NCBI GenBank assembly: GCA_040285855.1
Contig: JAUFOQ010000004.1
Coordinates: 1,364,001-1,428,000, forward strand
Origin: Eukaryota sp. GEM-RC1
Taxonomy: Eukaryota
Length of the DNA: 64,000 nucleotides
Direction of reading: 5' to 3'
Made by a program: the position numbers and the translations under genes. Of this stretch, positions 39,001-51,438 are shown one piece after another. The notes beneath the pieces were generated by a model. That model was given only the letters and a program-made list of their open reading frames with translations, did not search any database and was not told the origin of the DNA. Position 1 is the stretch's first letter. Every line of letters begins with the position of its first letter.

Positions 39001-42000
39001 TTGGAATTCTGAAACTGACACGTCATCAAGGATCACATGACTGAAGAAGTCAAAAGAATTCGCCAACTGAACTTGGCCACTGATTGATGAATTATCAACT
39101 GATTCTTGAACAATTAAAGAAGTTGAGAAATTCCCTGAGTTAATTTCAGAATAAGTTTCTATCAACAACACAGATTTTCCAAGTACTTGACAATGAAAAC
39201 AAGAGAAATAACCAACAACTACTTGAGTATCAGACACTGACTGAAAAGTTGAAAAGGACAAATCTAGAATATGAAAATCAGCGAAGTCCAAATCATTCTG
39301 AAAACGACTATTGATAGCTATCAAACTGACCGTTGATGACGAAATGTCAACTGAATCATCATAATAGAGCTCACTTGAATTTAAGGTTATGGATAAAAAA
39401 TGAGAAATGATTTCCGAGTCTTCACTTAAGCTCATAATCGACTCACTGTGAAGGTCAACTTGCTTTAAACTATCAAAAATTACGTTCCTTGATTGCAGAG
39501 ATGAAGAAATTAAAGAAATCGACCTAATGTAAAATTGAGAAGCTATAAACTCAACGTTTGAATCAATCAATGAAATGTGTCCTTGTCCCCAAATTCCTTG
39601 AGGAACATCAAAGTTTAATTCAGTAACCTCAGAAACTGTTAAAGTCTTTCTAAATATCTGGACTGCACGAATTCTTCCTTTAAACCGATTGCTTGATCCT
39701 TCAATTCCTGAAAGATGAAAGTAAGAGGGAGGGTCGTTAGTACATCTATAAGGAGTACTGGGAGTTACAGAACCCTGGTAATCACCATCAACATAAATAT
39801 GTGCTCTTGATTGATCAAAAGTAATGACCAAGTGGAACCATTTGTGAAGAGGGAATTGAATATTACGACCATTGTTACCCCACCTGACGTCACTCGTTCG
39901 TATGTGAAACCTACAAGGGGAAGTATTCCAACCAAAACCCATTCCTCCTTCTTCAAAGTACATCCAGAAAGAAATAGAGGTATATCTCCATCCATATTCT
40001 CCAGGAATATTTGGAATGTGCAGAGTATCATCAGGTTTTACATCTAAATAACCAGCTATGTCGTCAGTTTTCCACTCCGGTCCATCAATTATGATTGCAT
40101 TGAGATTATGACTTCCAGAGAAATCGAATTGATTAAATGAATGCATCCAATTATAGTACAAAAAGAGATCATCGAGATTATACGTCATGACATCTATAAA
40201 AGTATGATGACTGTTGGACAATAGAAGTTCTCCTCTGTAAGAAACGAAGAGTAGTGAAAAGGATTTCAATTCCTTCTCAAAAGTCATAACTGAGTCATTT
40301 CCAACGGCAATAATCCCAGTACTTTGAACTGGTAATTGAGCAGTAAGATTACATTGAGAATTTAAATAGAGCTGGTTCTTAACTTCAAGTAAACTTTCAT
40401 AAAAAGAAGGTGAACCAAGAATAAGTTCTGAATCAATTAAACAAGTGGTAGAAACAGTAATTAAAGTGAGATGAGAAATTGAAAAGGTTAAAGAATTGTT
40501 GAAATAGAATGCTTCTTGGATTACAAGAGAGTCGTGATGCCAAGTTTTAGACTCCCCGTATAGAAATAGACCCTTTAAAGTAAGGATTTCAGGAGAAAAC
40601 AACTCACCAGCAAACCAGTGAAAGTTACTTACAACAAGAGATGCATTAGTAACGATAGAAGAAGTATTCTTTAGGTATATAGAATCAATAATAAGTTCTG
40701 CATCAGAAGAAGGCGCGTCATAAAAAGGTGACTGGAATCAATCTCGATTAATTTTAATTCACTAGTTAGAGATTCACTGTCTAAGTAGACAGTTGATGAA
40801 ACTAGATAAAGCTGTTGAACTCTAAAGGTAGCAGATGCTGACATTTCCGAGTCAACTATAGAGAGTTTTCCTTGGCCCCAGATACCTACAGGTTTATCAA
40901 ATGAAAGTTGACTGATCTCGGAAGTACTTAAACTTTTGGTAAAAACTTGAACTGCACGAATTCTTCCTCTAAAATCGTGGGAATTTGATCTGGTAACAGA
41001 AGAAAGAGGGAAAAAAGAAGGAGGGTTAGAATCATAGAACGGATGATCAGGATTCATCACCCTAATTTGAGTTCCATCAATATAGATACGTGCGTGTGTC
41101 CAAGAATAAGTCATAACTAAGTGACACCATCTGTTGCGGGTGATAGATACCGAGCCAGTAGACGAACCCCAACCAACAAGACCCGTAGTAAAATAGGCTC
41201 TGCATGGAGATTGGCCCCAACAAAAACCAATTCCTCCTTCATTGATGTACATCCAGACAGAAATAGAAGCCCCTCTCCAACCATATATTCCAGGAATATT
41301 TGGAATATGAAGAGTATCACCAGGAGTGATATCAAAATAACCACCGGTATCGTCAAATTTCCACTCTGGTCCATGAATTACAATTTCAGTGGGATCGTGT
41401 CGTCCTGTGATATCAACTCGATTAGATGACGTGACCCAGTTATAGTACAAGAATAGGTCTGGGTGTGAGTAAGGAACAGATTCTTCAAAGGTGATTATAC
41501 TATTCATTATTACTAATTCACCTTTAGGAAGAATAAAGATCCCACTAGAGGTACTTAAGTGTTTAAAAAGAGTCAACACAGAGTCATTTCCAACAAAAAT
41601 AATCCCAGTACTGTCAACCGGTAGAAGAGAAGAAAGAGAACAATTAGAGGTTAAATGAAGATGGTTTTTCACTTCAAGTAGACTTTCATCAAAAAATGGA
41701 GAATCGAGTACAAGTTCTGAATTATAAAAACAAGTTACAGAAACAGTAATTAAATTAAGTTGAGAAATTGAAAAAGTAAGAGAGTTATTGAACCGCAATT
41801 CATTTTCAATTTTAAGATAGTTCTCAGGCCAAGTTTTAGACTTTCCATATAGAAACAGATTTTTTAAATCAAGTACATCAGAATAGCTCAGCTCCCCATC
41901 AATCCAATGAAGTTGATTCACACTAAAAGCAGAAGAGACATGAGTGGCAGAATTTAAGTCAAGAAACAAAGCATGAATAGACAACTTCTCAGTAACTGAA

Positions 42001-45000
42001 GGTACTTCAAAAACAGTGTTAGTAAGAGTCAGATTGTACAAGTTTAATTCAATAGCTGAGTGAATGATAGTGGAGTTGTCTAGGTAGATATGAGAATGGT
42101 CAAAGTAAGTTGTAGCACTTACTGCAAGAAGAATTAACTCTGACAGATTCCTAACAAATACCACTGGATTGGACAAATAAGCGTAGTTATTTAAGTGTAA
42201 AACTGAGGAATCTAGTACTAAATGTTCAAATTTGATTGAAGAGTAGTCAGAAAAAGTTATATCTGAATTGTTAAGCTCAATTGAACCAAGTCCAGTAATT
42301 GAAGGAGGTAGCGGAGATTGAGATAACATAGAAGAGTCATAATCGTAATTGATATTTAATGACGTCGAAAACACTTCAATTCTTGAATTTTGATCAATTT
42401 CAATAATAGAATTCAGATGAGAGACTGAATGCAGAGAGACTAAAGTATTGACCAATTTAACATCTCCATAAAAAGCAACACTTACATCCAAATCAGAGTA
42501 GAAAGACAACTGTGGTACTTCGATTACTCCATTAACAGAAAGAACTAAATCAGTAGTTAGATTTAATTCGACATTTAGGTCAGAAGTCATCATCTTACCA
42601 ATTGAAATCCGATTGAAGAACTCCGGTTCTGGATTAGAAGAACAAAGCACCAACGTGTTTACTTTCATCTCTCCAACACCTTCAATTGTTCCACTGTACC
42701 AATACAAGGTTTCAACAAAAACATTAGATTCTAAAGACAGTGCTGAACATTCAGAAGCTCCAAAGAAAAGTGAATGTATATATGTTTCCCTTGGTGAATC
42801 AATGGACAAAAAACCATTTAAATTAAATTGCGATGAGAAGAAGAAAGAGTCACTGGTCAAACTCAATAACCCAGAAAGAAAAACTGGAAGAGAAATAAGA
42901 TTCACATGGCGAAGTTCATGCTCATTTAAATTTGCAGCAATTAAACTATTTTCCTCAAGAGTTATGAATCCTTCGTTGGAAGATGACGTGATTAAGTCCA
43001 TAGTAGGAGGCGGGACATATATATAAGCAAAATTAGACCTATAACATGCACTAATACCAGTAACTCCTTTGCCATCCAGATGAGTAATACGACCTGGACT
43101 CCACCTTTCATCATTCGAAGAAGTATCTCTACCTAGAGCACCGTCGTTAGAATTACCCCAAGACCACACGTCATTGTAGACGTCAACAGCAGTGGAATGA
43201 GTCTCCCCTGCAGCTGCATTAATCACTTTCCCAATGGTGTTTACTCTTACTGGGATGTTAGAGGCAGTGGTACTACCTCTACCTAGTCTACCATTACTAC
43301 CACTACCCCAACTCCACAGATTCTGGTTAACAGCAATTCCAAGGGCGTGAAGATTAATGGTGTCAATAAAAGTAAACTCAATATCCTCAGCAAATGGAGT
43401 TGGAGTTGGGTAAGTACCAGACCCACCTAAGTTTCTTCCACAAGTAAGAGTAGAACCATCCTCTTTGATGAAAAAAGATGCTTGCCCAGCTGCAATAAAT
43501 TTAATATTTTGTAAGGAATTAATAACCATGGGTGAATGAACGCTAGCAGTACTTGCTCTACACAATATATTATTACCGCCACTTCCCCATCCATAAACTT
43601 TACCATCTCTAGTTAAAGCAAATGCTGTATAAAGTCGACCAGCAACTTGTTTAACATTACTTAATTTTGGAATTGAATTGGGAGTGTCTGTGTTGTTTGT
43701 GTGTCCTAAACCTAACTGACCATTATTATTAAGTCCCCAAGAGTAAACATAACCAGTAGAGCCCAAAGCATAACTTGAGTGATAAGAAGCAACCACCTGA
43801 ATAATATTTGAAATTTCGATTTTCTCGTGACGACTCCGATCACCATCAGCATATCCCAGTTGACCGTAATTGTTTCGTCCAGAAGTGTAGACGTCACCAT
43901 TTGTCAACAGAACTAGGGAATGCGATCTTCCAACAGAAGCTTGTCTAGTGGGAAAAGGGAGATTGAATGACTCAGGTGACCATTGATGTCCTGATAATCC
44001 TACACCAAGCAACCTATAATTATTATTTCCCCAAACATGAAGAACATCAGAACTCAAGGGAGATTCACCATCATTGAAAGAAGTGAAAGTAACATTCTCT
44101 AAAACAAGCTCACTGAAGTTAACTAGATCCATTGAACCACGTTTCCAGTCAAAGAGACCAGTGACTATGAGTTTGTGAGAAAAGAGAGACACAAGCTCAG
44201 CGTCCAAGACAAGGGAGTCTACTGAAGTGAAGGATGATGTAGATGAAAGATCGGTGTGGAAAGTACCTCCATTGAGAAGAAGAGTACCAGTAACAGTGAG
44301 AGTTGAGTTCCTTTTAAAGAGGAGAACTGCATTGGAAGATAATGTTAGAGATGATGCCGAGACTGCCACGTCATCAAGAATCACGTGACTAAGCAAATCA
44401 ACTGTGTTGTCAAATTGAACTGTACCAGTGATTAACGAATTCTTAGCAGATTCAAGAACAATTAATGGAGATGAAAAATTTCCAGAATCAACTTCTAAAT
44501 ATGAATCTATTGACAACAATGTATTCCCTAGTACCTGACAATGAGAACACAAGAGAGCACCAACAATTACTTCAACTGAATCATCAAAATAGAGCTCACT
44601 TGAACTTAAGCTAATAGATAGATCATCAGAAAGGAGTTTTGAATTCTGGCTGAAAATCACTAACGATTCGAGGAGTTCAAGAGTTTTCGTATTGTCCAAG
44701 ATGACGTCATTTGATTGGAGAGTTGATGAACGTAGAGAAATTGTTTTGAATTCAAACTTCGACGATACTAGTTGTACTTCTGAATTAACAAGAGATAGTT
44801 TACCATTGCCGAAAACACCAATTGCAGGAGATGTCATCTTATAATCCAAATCACCAATTTCAGAAATTGTTAAACTTTTTCTAAAGATCTGAACTGCACG
44901 AATTCTTCCTCTAAATTTATAGCCACCTGAGTTACTGATCTCAGAAAGAGGAAAAAATGTTTGAGGACCATTGGGGCACCTAAACCAAGAAGAAGAAGAT

Positions 45001-45890
45001 GGAGAAACTGTCCACCGATGCACACCATTCACATAAACCCGAGCTTGAGAATTAGTAGTGACAATCACCAAGTGAAACCATTGTTGATATGGTACAGAAA
45101 AGGTACCACTACTCCCAACCCATCCAAGAGTGCTTCTACGAAAATGAAACCTACAAGGAGATTGAGCCCAACCGAACCCCATTCCTCCTTCTTCCCAGTA
45201 CACCCACAAAGAAATTGAAGCACTTCTCCAACCGGCTACCCCAGGGATATTTGGAATATGGAGAGTGTTACCAGGAGTGATGTCTAGGTAACCCCCAACT
45301 TCATCTTGTTTCCACAGAGGTCCTTGAATTTCAATAGCATCGGAGTTGTGAATGCCTGTTTGATCAATTGTATTTAAAGACGAATTCCATGTATAGTGTA
45401 AGAAAAGATCACTCTTTTCAATTGTAATGTTATTGACATTTACAAACTCAAGTACACTCAACTCATCGAGTTCAAGGGCACCTTCTGGGATGTCAAAGTA
45501 ACCATTGACTATAAGTTTGTGACTGGTTAGCAAAGTGTAGCCACTTTTCAAAACTAGAGTGTTTACTGATGTAGATGATGACGTAGACGATGGATCAGTG
45601 TGGAAAGTACCTCCATTGAGAAGAAGAGTATCAGTTATAGTTAGAGTTGAGTCATCTTTGAAGAGAAGCAGAACTTTGGCGGACAGTTTTAGAGAAGCTA
45701 CAGTAACGTGATCATCAACAATAACAGTCAGCACGTCAGATCGGGCGGGAAGAACAACAGATGAAGATATTGAAGGAGTATCACCCTGATCCCAATTGCT
45801 TCCTTCAGACCAAAGTCCAGAACTGTCGGCATCCCATTTAAAGATCGAGCCGAGAACGCAACAACTCAGTAGAAGGAGTTCGATGAGCAT
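23431..45890 (-). CDS. Giant (~7,500 aa) multidomain surface receptor/adhesin-like protein, copy 1; split by many homopolymer frameshifts
   Basis: Contiguous minus-strand ORFs abut with 1-nt shifts. Signal peptide MLIELLLLSCCVLG at 45890; WSEGSNWDQGDTP motif; three LamG domains (SISxWxY..WFHLV...YVDG...FRGRIRAVQIF); RCC1 repeats; four repeats ending YISTTGxDDPCCGTFDSPCASF; TIG-like PVISFVSP..GELSIIG; Cys-rich CPKG..CVECALNYYS..CRSCP; several C-terminal hydrophobic segments. Confidence 0.85.
33600..39590 (-). repeat. Four tandem intragenic ~1.52-kb (~507 aa) repeats
   Basis: The DDPCCGTFDSPCASF-coding block recurs at ~33880, 35401, 36921 and 38440; long stretches are near-identical between units. 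Confidence 0.95.
43020..44050 (-). other. RCC1/BLIP-II-like beta-propeller domain inside the giant gene
   Basis: Repeats VGRSHSLVLLTNGDVYTSGRNNYGQLG, VYSWGLNNNGQLGLG, LWSWGSGSNGRLGRG, AAGETHS..VWSWGNSNDGALG. Confidence 0.9.
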
Positions 45891-46995
45891 TAACCTGAAT
45901 TGAATAGAGAAAAGTGCCTTCAAAAATGAAATCCAGACTTTCGAGTTCTCCACAACTCTATGTACCAGTTCCCGTTACATTATGTTAGCACTGCACATCA
46001 TCTACAATGTATGTACACATTTTGTCCACTTATACAATCCACATAGACTGTACTTCATGACCCTTCATCATTTGACACAAAGTTGAACTCTCAATACAAC
46101 AAACATATATATCAGAGTCGTTCAAGTAGCATTATCTACCTACAATAGGAAATAGAACGTGTTCTCATCATGATCAAAGATCTCGATTAGGCTGCATGAT
46201 ACATGTTGCTCTTCCATCGTAAAGATCGCCTTTCAGTACTCAAACATGTTATATACTGCCCTCATTGGATCCATGACTGACACCGCCGATTTACTTCTCC
46301 GCCCATCATTAAACTCAGAATCATTTAATGAGTCTTTGCCCTGCGTAGTTTATCATATATCCTCTCTATTAGTCTATTATGATACATCCACACTTCTCTA
46401 AGTACACCTCTTTCAATACTTGAATTTGTCATTGTTGCGATCTCACCTAACACTTCAGCTGAAATTCTCTAAGCTGACCGGTGATAGAATACAAAACGGT
46501 TCTTACAGTTCGATCAAAGTATAGAAGACTTTAAACTGTGATTAAGAATATGCTTTGGTCACAAGTACAAGAACATTTCCGATCGTGAAAAACGATCCTG
46601 CTGATAAATACTGTTTTAGTCAACACTCTGAAACTCAGAGTCTGTGGATGGTTTTTATAGCAACATCACAACAATACTGAAAAACCAATGTTGCTTCCTT
46701 GAGAATACATGCACTTTTCTGATGAGTTACAGAGTGAGTGTGTACTCAAATGCACACTAACAACAATAAAAACTGCTGTTAGTTACGACCAAACACATAG
46801 TACACTCAATAATATGATTCAATACGAACAAACAATGTATGAGATGTCAAGACCTTAATTCTGTATCTATCAACAACATGAATGATCGATTATGAGTTCT
46901 AAAAAAAATCCTGTTGCAACTCAGGAAAGAAGCAAGAACCAATAATGAAGCAGTTTTAGTAACATTAAATGAAATTTCAAATATTCGCTATAAAA

Positions 46996-47460
46996 CTAAA
47001 TTGGAATTACAGGAGGGCTGAGGACCAACTGACAGTTTAATTGAAAAAAAAACGCGGACGGGTTCATCTTTCGAGTGAAGTTTAATGTCAACTTGAAGCA
47101 CTCTTTATTGTAAACCGGGAGGTATTGCCGATTGCCAGAAGATTTCGGTATGTGTTTTGTCTTGACAGTACTTACAAGACAAATATATTTGGTATGCCAA
47201 TGTTCCTTGTGGTTGGTTTTACGATAGTTGACTTTATATATAACTGAAGCAGTTTTGACTGTATTGCACTTTATTGCGAACTCTAATTGTTCTTGTGTAG
47301 TAAAACTCTTGTAGATGAGAAATTCTAGAAATATTGATACATTTGGTAAAACCTTTGCCATGACTGGTAACTGAAGTCGATGCACTTCAACTGTTGGTCC
47401 TCTCTCGTGTCTAAACACAACATTTTCTTGAAACTGTTGTGGGTTTACGTGGAGAAACAA
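46996..47460 (-). pseudogene. Possible MULE/FAR1-like N-terminal DNA-binding domain remnant
   Basis: KSFTTQEQLEFAI...KYICLVS...NKECFKLTL loosely fits the F.T.E...YxC...C.F pattern of MuDR/FAR1 domains and lies next to the MULE remnant; no clear start. Confidence 0.3.
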
Positions 47461-47677
47461 TACACAATGGGGTCTATTTTAATAAATTTAAGAATTCCGA
47501 AACTGATTGTGAATAATGGTTCAATTGGTTGTTCTGGATCTATTCCCTTATTATAGATATATTTGATATAAACGTTGTATTATCGACAGTACTCTAATAC
47601 AAGTTTTAATTCAACAAGAACAATAGCTTAGCTGAAACTACAATAAAAAATTGTTATATTAAAATGTAAATTCATCG

Positions 47678-48828
47678 TTCAGTGCTGCCTGTGTGTTTAT
47701 GGCGAAAGAAACTGAATAATACTACAGTACCTTTGGACTTTGGAACAATTTAAAGATGTATTTAACATCCATCCAGGAGTTTTTATTACAGATAAGAAAA
47801 CGGCATTGATTAATGCTGTCAGGAAAATGTTTCCTACATCCGGTCACGTTTTATGCTTGTTCCATATCGTACAAAATTTAATCCAAATTAAGAACGCTAA
47901 AGGAATTTCTGATCCAGCAAGGAAAGTATTTATGGAACATTTTGACTCCGTAATTCAAAGCGAAGCAGTCGAAGAATTTTGTTGGAATTTGAAAGTGATG
48001 ACAAGCAAATATGAAAATGATCGAGAACGTGGTGATGCTTTCATGTATTTAATTAACAATTGGTTCGATATGAAGGAAAGTTTGTGTTATTACAATACTG
48101 ATCAATTCACTCACTTTGAAACTTACACGAACAATCAAGCCGAGTCCACCCACAATGCACTAAAATCCGGAGATCGAATGTACAAAAGAGACTTGGAGAG
48201 TGATATGAAGAAAGTTATGGCTACTATGGAGCATCAAGTAATCGACTTAAGAAGGAAAATTGATGTTGATAAGCAGAGAGTCGACCGAGAACTGATCAAC
48301 ACCCCTTTATTTGTGAACGTAATTCGACACGTGTCATCTTTTGCTTTGTTGAAGGTTTTACAAATTATTGCTTTTAGCCAAACAAATCATGTGGATCCAA
48401 TATGATCAGGTAGAACTGAGAGAATAACTGGAATTCCATGTATTCACAGCATTAAAAGAACACAAAGACTTTCCAAAGATATGTTTCATCGACAGTGGTG
48501 GTTAGAAGAGGAAGAAGAATCAGGTCAAATTTCTAATCCTGTTGAAGAACTGTTCAATCAATGGCGGTCTACTGACTCAGCAGCAGACAAGGTACGGTTA
48601 AAAGGGGCTGCCAATGTGGGTTTAGCAAGATCTGCCCATCGGTACGAAGGTCCAAAAGTTCATGAGGAGAATGGTAGGGTGATGAGAACTGAAAAGAAGA
48701 AAACCGCAAGGAAATGTAGAGTGTGTCGCCGGGAAGGACATGATAGCAGAAGTCATTGTAAAGATGTAAGAAATTCAAGAAAGATTGTGATTGTCAGCAC
48801 TAGAGCAATAGTGTACTGTAGAATGTAG
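47678..48828 (+). mobile_element. Decayed Mutator-like (MULE) transposase, 5'-truncated pseudogene
   Basis: FSAACVFMAKETE*, WTLEQFK, VFITDKKTALINAV, CLFHIVQN (CxxH), TNNQAESTHNALK, in-frame TGA at 48403 before the SWIM-like TGIPCIH, FHRQWWL, zinc knuckle KCRVCRREGHDSRSHC. Confidence 0.88.
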
Positions 48829-49149
48829 AATTTGAACTACTAAAGTATATGTGATAACGGAAGCAGAAGCTCTCAGATCCAGAACATAAAGAGGGAGAAT
48901 GAAGCTGTGACGAAGAAATGATGATATCACTAAAATGGATCAGAAAGCAACTTCATGTTGTCAGTTTTGTCAAATTTTTAGTCATATTCCTTTAAACCGT
49001 TTTGTACTTAAGACTTACAACACTGTACTTACTTAGACACGAAATCACAGATCTTTCTTCTGAAACATGACTTTTTGTCCAACAACAATAACTACACCTT
49101 TATGTATAGGGTTTATGTACAAATACAGTTCCTCTTCGCAAAATCCTCA

Positions 49150-49513
49150 AACAACTGTAGTTCCAGCACTGAACCTGCATGCACCGTTGTACAGTCTCTT
49201 CCGGATAGTCTAAATATGCAGCAATGGTAACACATGTCCTTCCATCAATGTTTCCAAACCCATGACAGTTCCAATGGAAGATGTACATTCTTCATCTCTG
49301 CCGAATTCCCCCTCTCACTTTCCCCTCATCACAACAACACCGGGGCACAGATTAACCCAAATATCATATTCACTGTCAACATCCCATTCTGTAAACGTGA
49401 TAGCTGACGATTCCGCATCACGTTCCAAATCTCCAACTCACTATGAGTCCATGCTCGTGGACCAGATTCGCCAGTCCCATGTAGAATTGATACTCAAACA
49501 TTCTCTGTTATGA
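49150..49513 (+). pseudogene. 5'-truncated copy of the RWP-RK gene lacking the DNA-binding domain
   Basis: Matches 19896-20260 closely; homology stops upstream of AAACAAC at ~49150, so the RWP-RK-coding part is absent. Confidence 0.8.
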
Positions 49514-51438
49514 GCATTACTATTAGTATAGTTGTTATCATTTAGGTTACAGACTTTAAGTATATGAAACACGTGTTGTGGAAGTGTTTCAGTGAGAAGA
49601 CTTGTCTTAATCTGTACGTTCCACAATTTTTGAAAAATTATTTTTGTATTATTCTGTAAATATTGACACGACAAATACATTGTCCTCTACTATTACACCT
49701 TCTTTCATACTTGGAAATTACAGCAAACATATGTGCGATACCTACTCACTACCTGTCAATAATGATTGGTGAGTGCAAGGTTATGAAACAATCACAATGA
49801 TTTACGAAAGCCATTATAATAAGAAACAGATGAAATCAACTACCGGTACTGCACGACTCAAATCAACGATTCAACCAACACTAACAAATAGATAACCATG
49901 TACTATGTTGATTGCGTTTGTAATCACTTCTTTTATAACACAGTTTTTTAGCCACTCAAAATTTTGATGCTCGTCGATCAAATCAGCCACAATGTCTTAA
50001 AGTGAGAAACAAAAAGTACTGGAGCTATGTTGGGTTTAAAAAGGACTGTGAATTGCTGTTGGAATATGTATTCTAATATGATTTAAACTTGAAGTTCCAG
50101 TTCTTTGTGGTGATCACAAATAACCAGCCGAGTCACTACAGAGGCTATTTGTGATGAATAAAAAACATTATCGAAGGAATTAACCAAAGCGTATGACCCA
50201 TTTCTGTTCATGATAGGCGGTGAACTAACTCAGTTCAGTTCACAATATATATGAACTAAACTCAAGTAATCATCATTGATAATACATTCAGTGTCTACTA
50301 GTAACACACTTGGAAAATATGGTTTTGCTACATACAGTATATCACAAGGATTGAATTAGATTGTTTCATCGAATGGTACATTTAGTACCACTTCATATAC
50401 AAATAAAAACACAGCAATTATGTCGTCTCCAGCAATACGAAAGATAGAAAATATTTTTCTCCTAGACACGTTTTTTATACATGTATGAAGAAATAATTCT
50501 GTAATATAACATCATTACAACAACACCTATCACTATCAAATCTGACCAAAGCTTTCTTTTCATAAAGGGAACTCTCTGTTAGTTAATCTCTGAAAATGAT
50601 AAGGGCAATTGTTAAAACACAGCAAATACTATACAATCCAATTGTAACACATGATTAAAGCGTTTCTTCATCATTTTGTTTCCGACTTGCAACAAACTTT
50701 ACTTTAACAAATTCAATACACTTTTTGCTAATCCATTTTTGCTAATTGATACAACAAAAGAACATTCTTGACTCTCGACTTGTTTCACATATTTAAGCTC
50801 CATTAATGGTTTTTGGGACTTCTCCTGCTTGACTTGCTTCTACATGTAATTGGGAAGGTTTTACATCCATTTTTTTGAAATGTGTTACAATATACCATTT
50901 TCATTAACAGCCTCACTGAAATACAACAAATCACCCGAATTTGGATCAGACACAGCTCACGTTTATGATTAACCGGATATTTTAAACTCTTTAGATGACG
51001 TGCTCCAACAAAAAGTCAGCAGATTCAGCATCTGAAATGTGACAAATCGTTTGTATTAAGTACATGAGGTAGATGTGTAAGACACTCTACATACGTTGAT
51101 ATAAAAGACAGTCACCACGTCCAGGCTTTGACAATTGATGCTAAAACTAGCAGATAAACCATATGTCTGAATGAGTTTGTGTGCTGAAACATACACACGA
51201 CAAGAAGATCTATGTTATTATATACTTATACTAGTTTGAGCCATGTTGGATCCAATATCATATGGGTTCCAACAAAGAACAAGATATGACTAAGGTGAAC
51301 AATCTCAGTTAAAATTCGTTTATTTTCAAAAAGTTGCATGAGCTACTGCAAATAACCCTTCAAAGTACGTCAGAACAATTACTTACTGTTAAAACATTTA
51401 CCAACCGAGAAAAAGAATTGAAAACAACAGTAATATCT

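Noticed and set aside
48403..48405. In-frame TGA at a probable Cys position, suggesting selenocysteine or codon reassignment
   Set aside because: It lies in a truncated transposase with other lesions, and TGA appears to act as the normal stop of the RWP-RK gene (20258-20260).
49124..49159. TACAGTT...AACTGTA mini inverted repeat at the duplication junction
   Set aside because: Only 7 bp, and the right arm overlaps sequence homologous to the RWP-RK gene; chance is sufficient.
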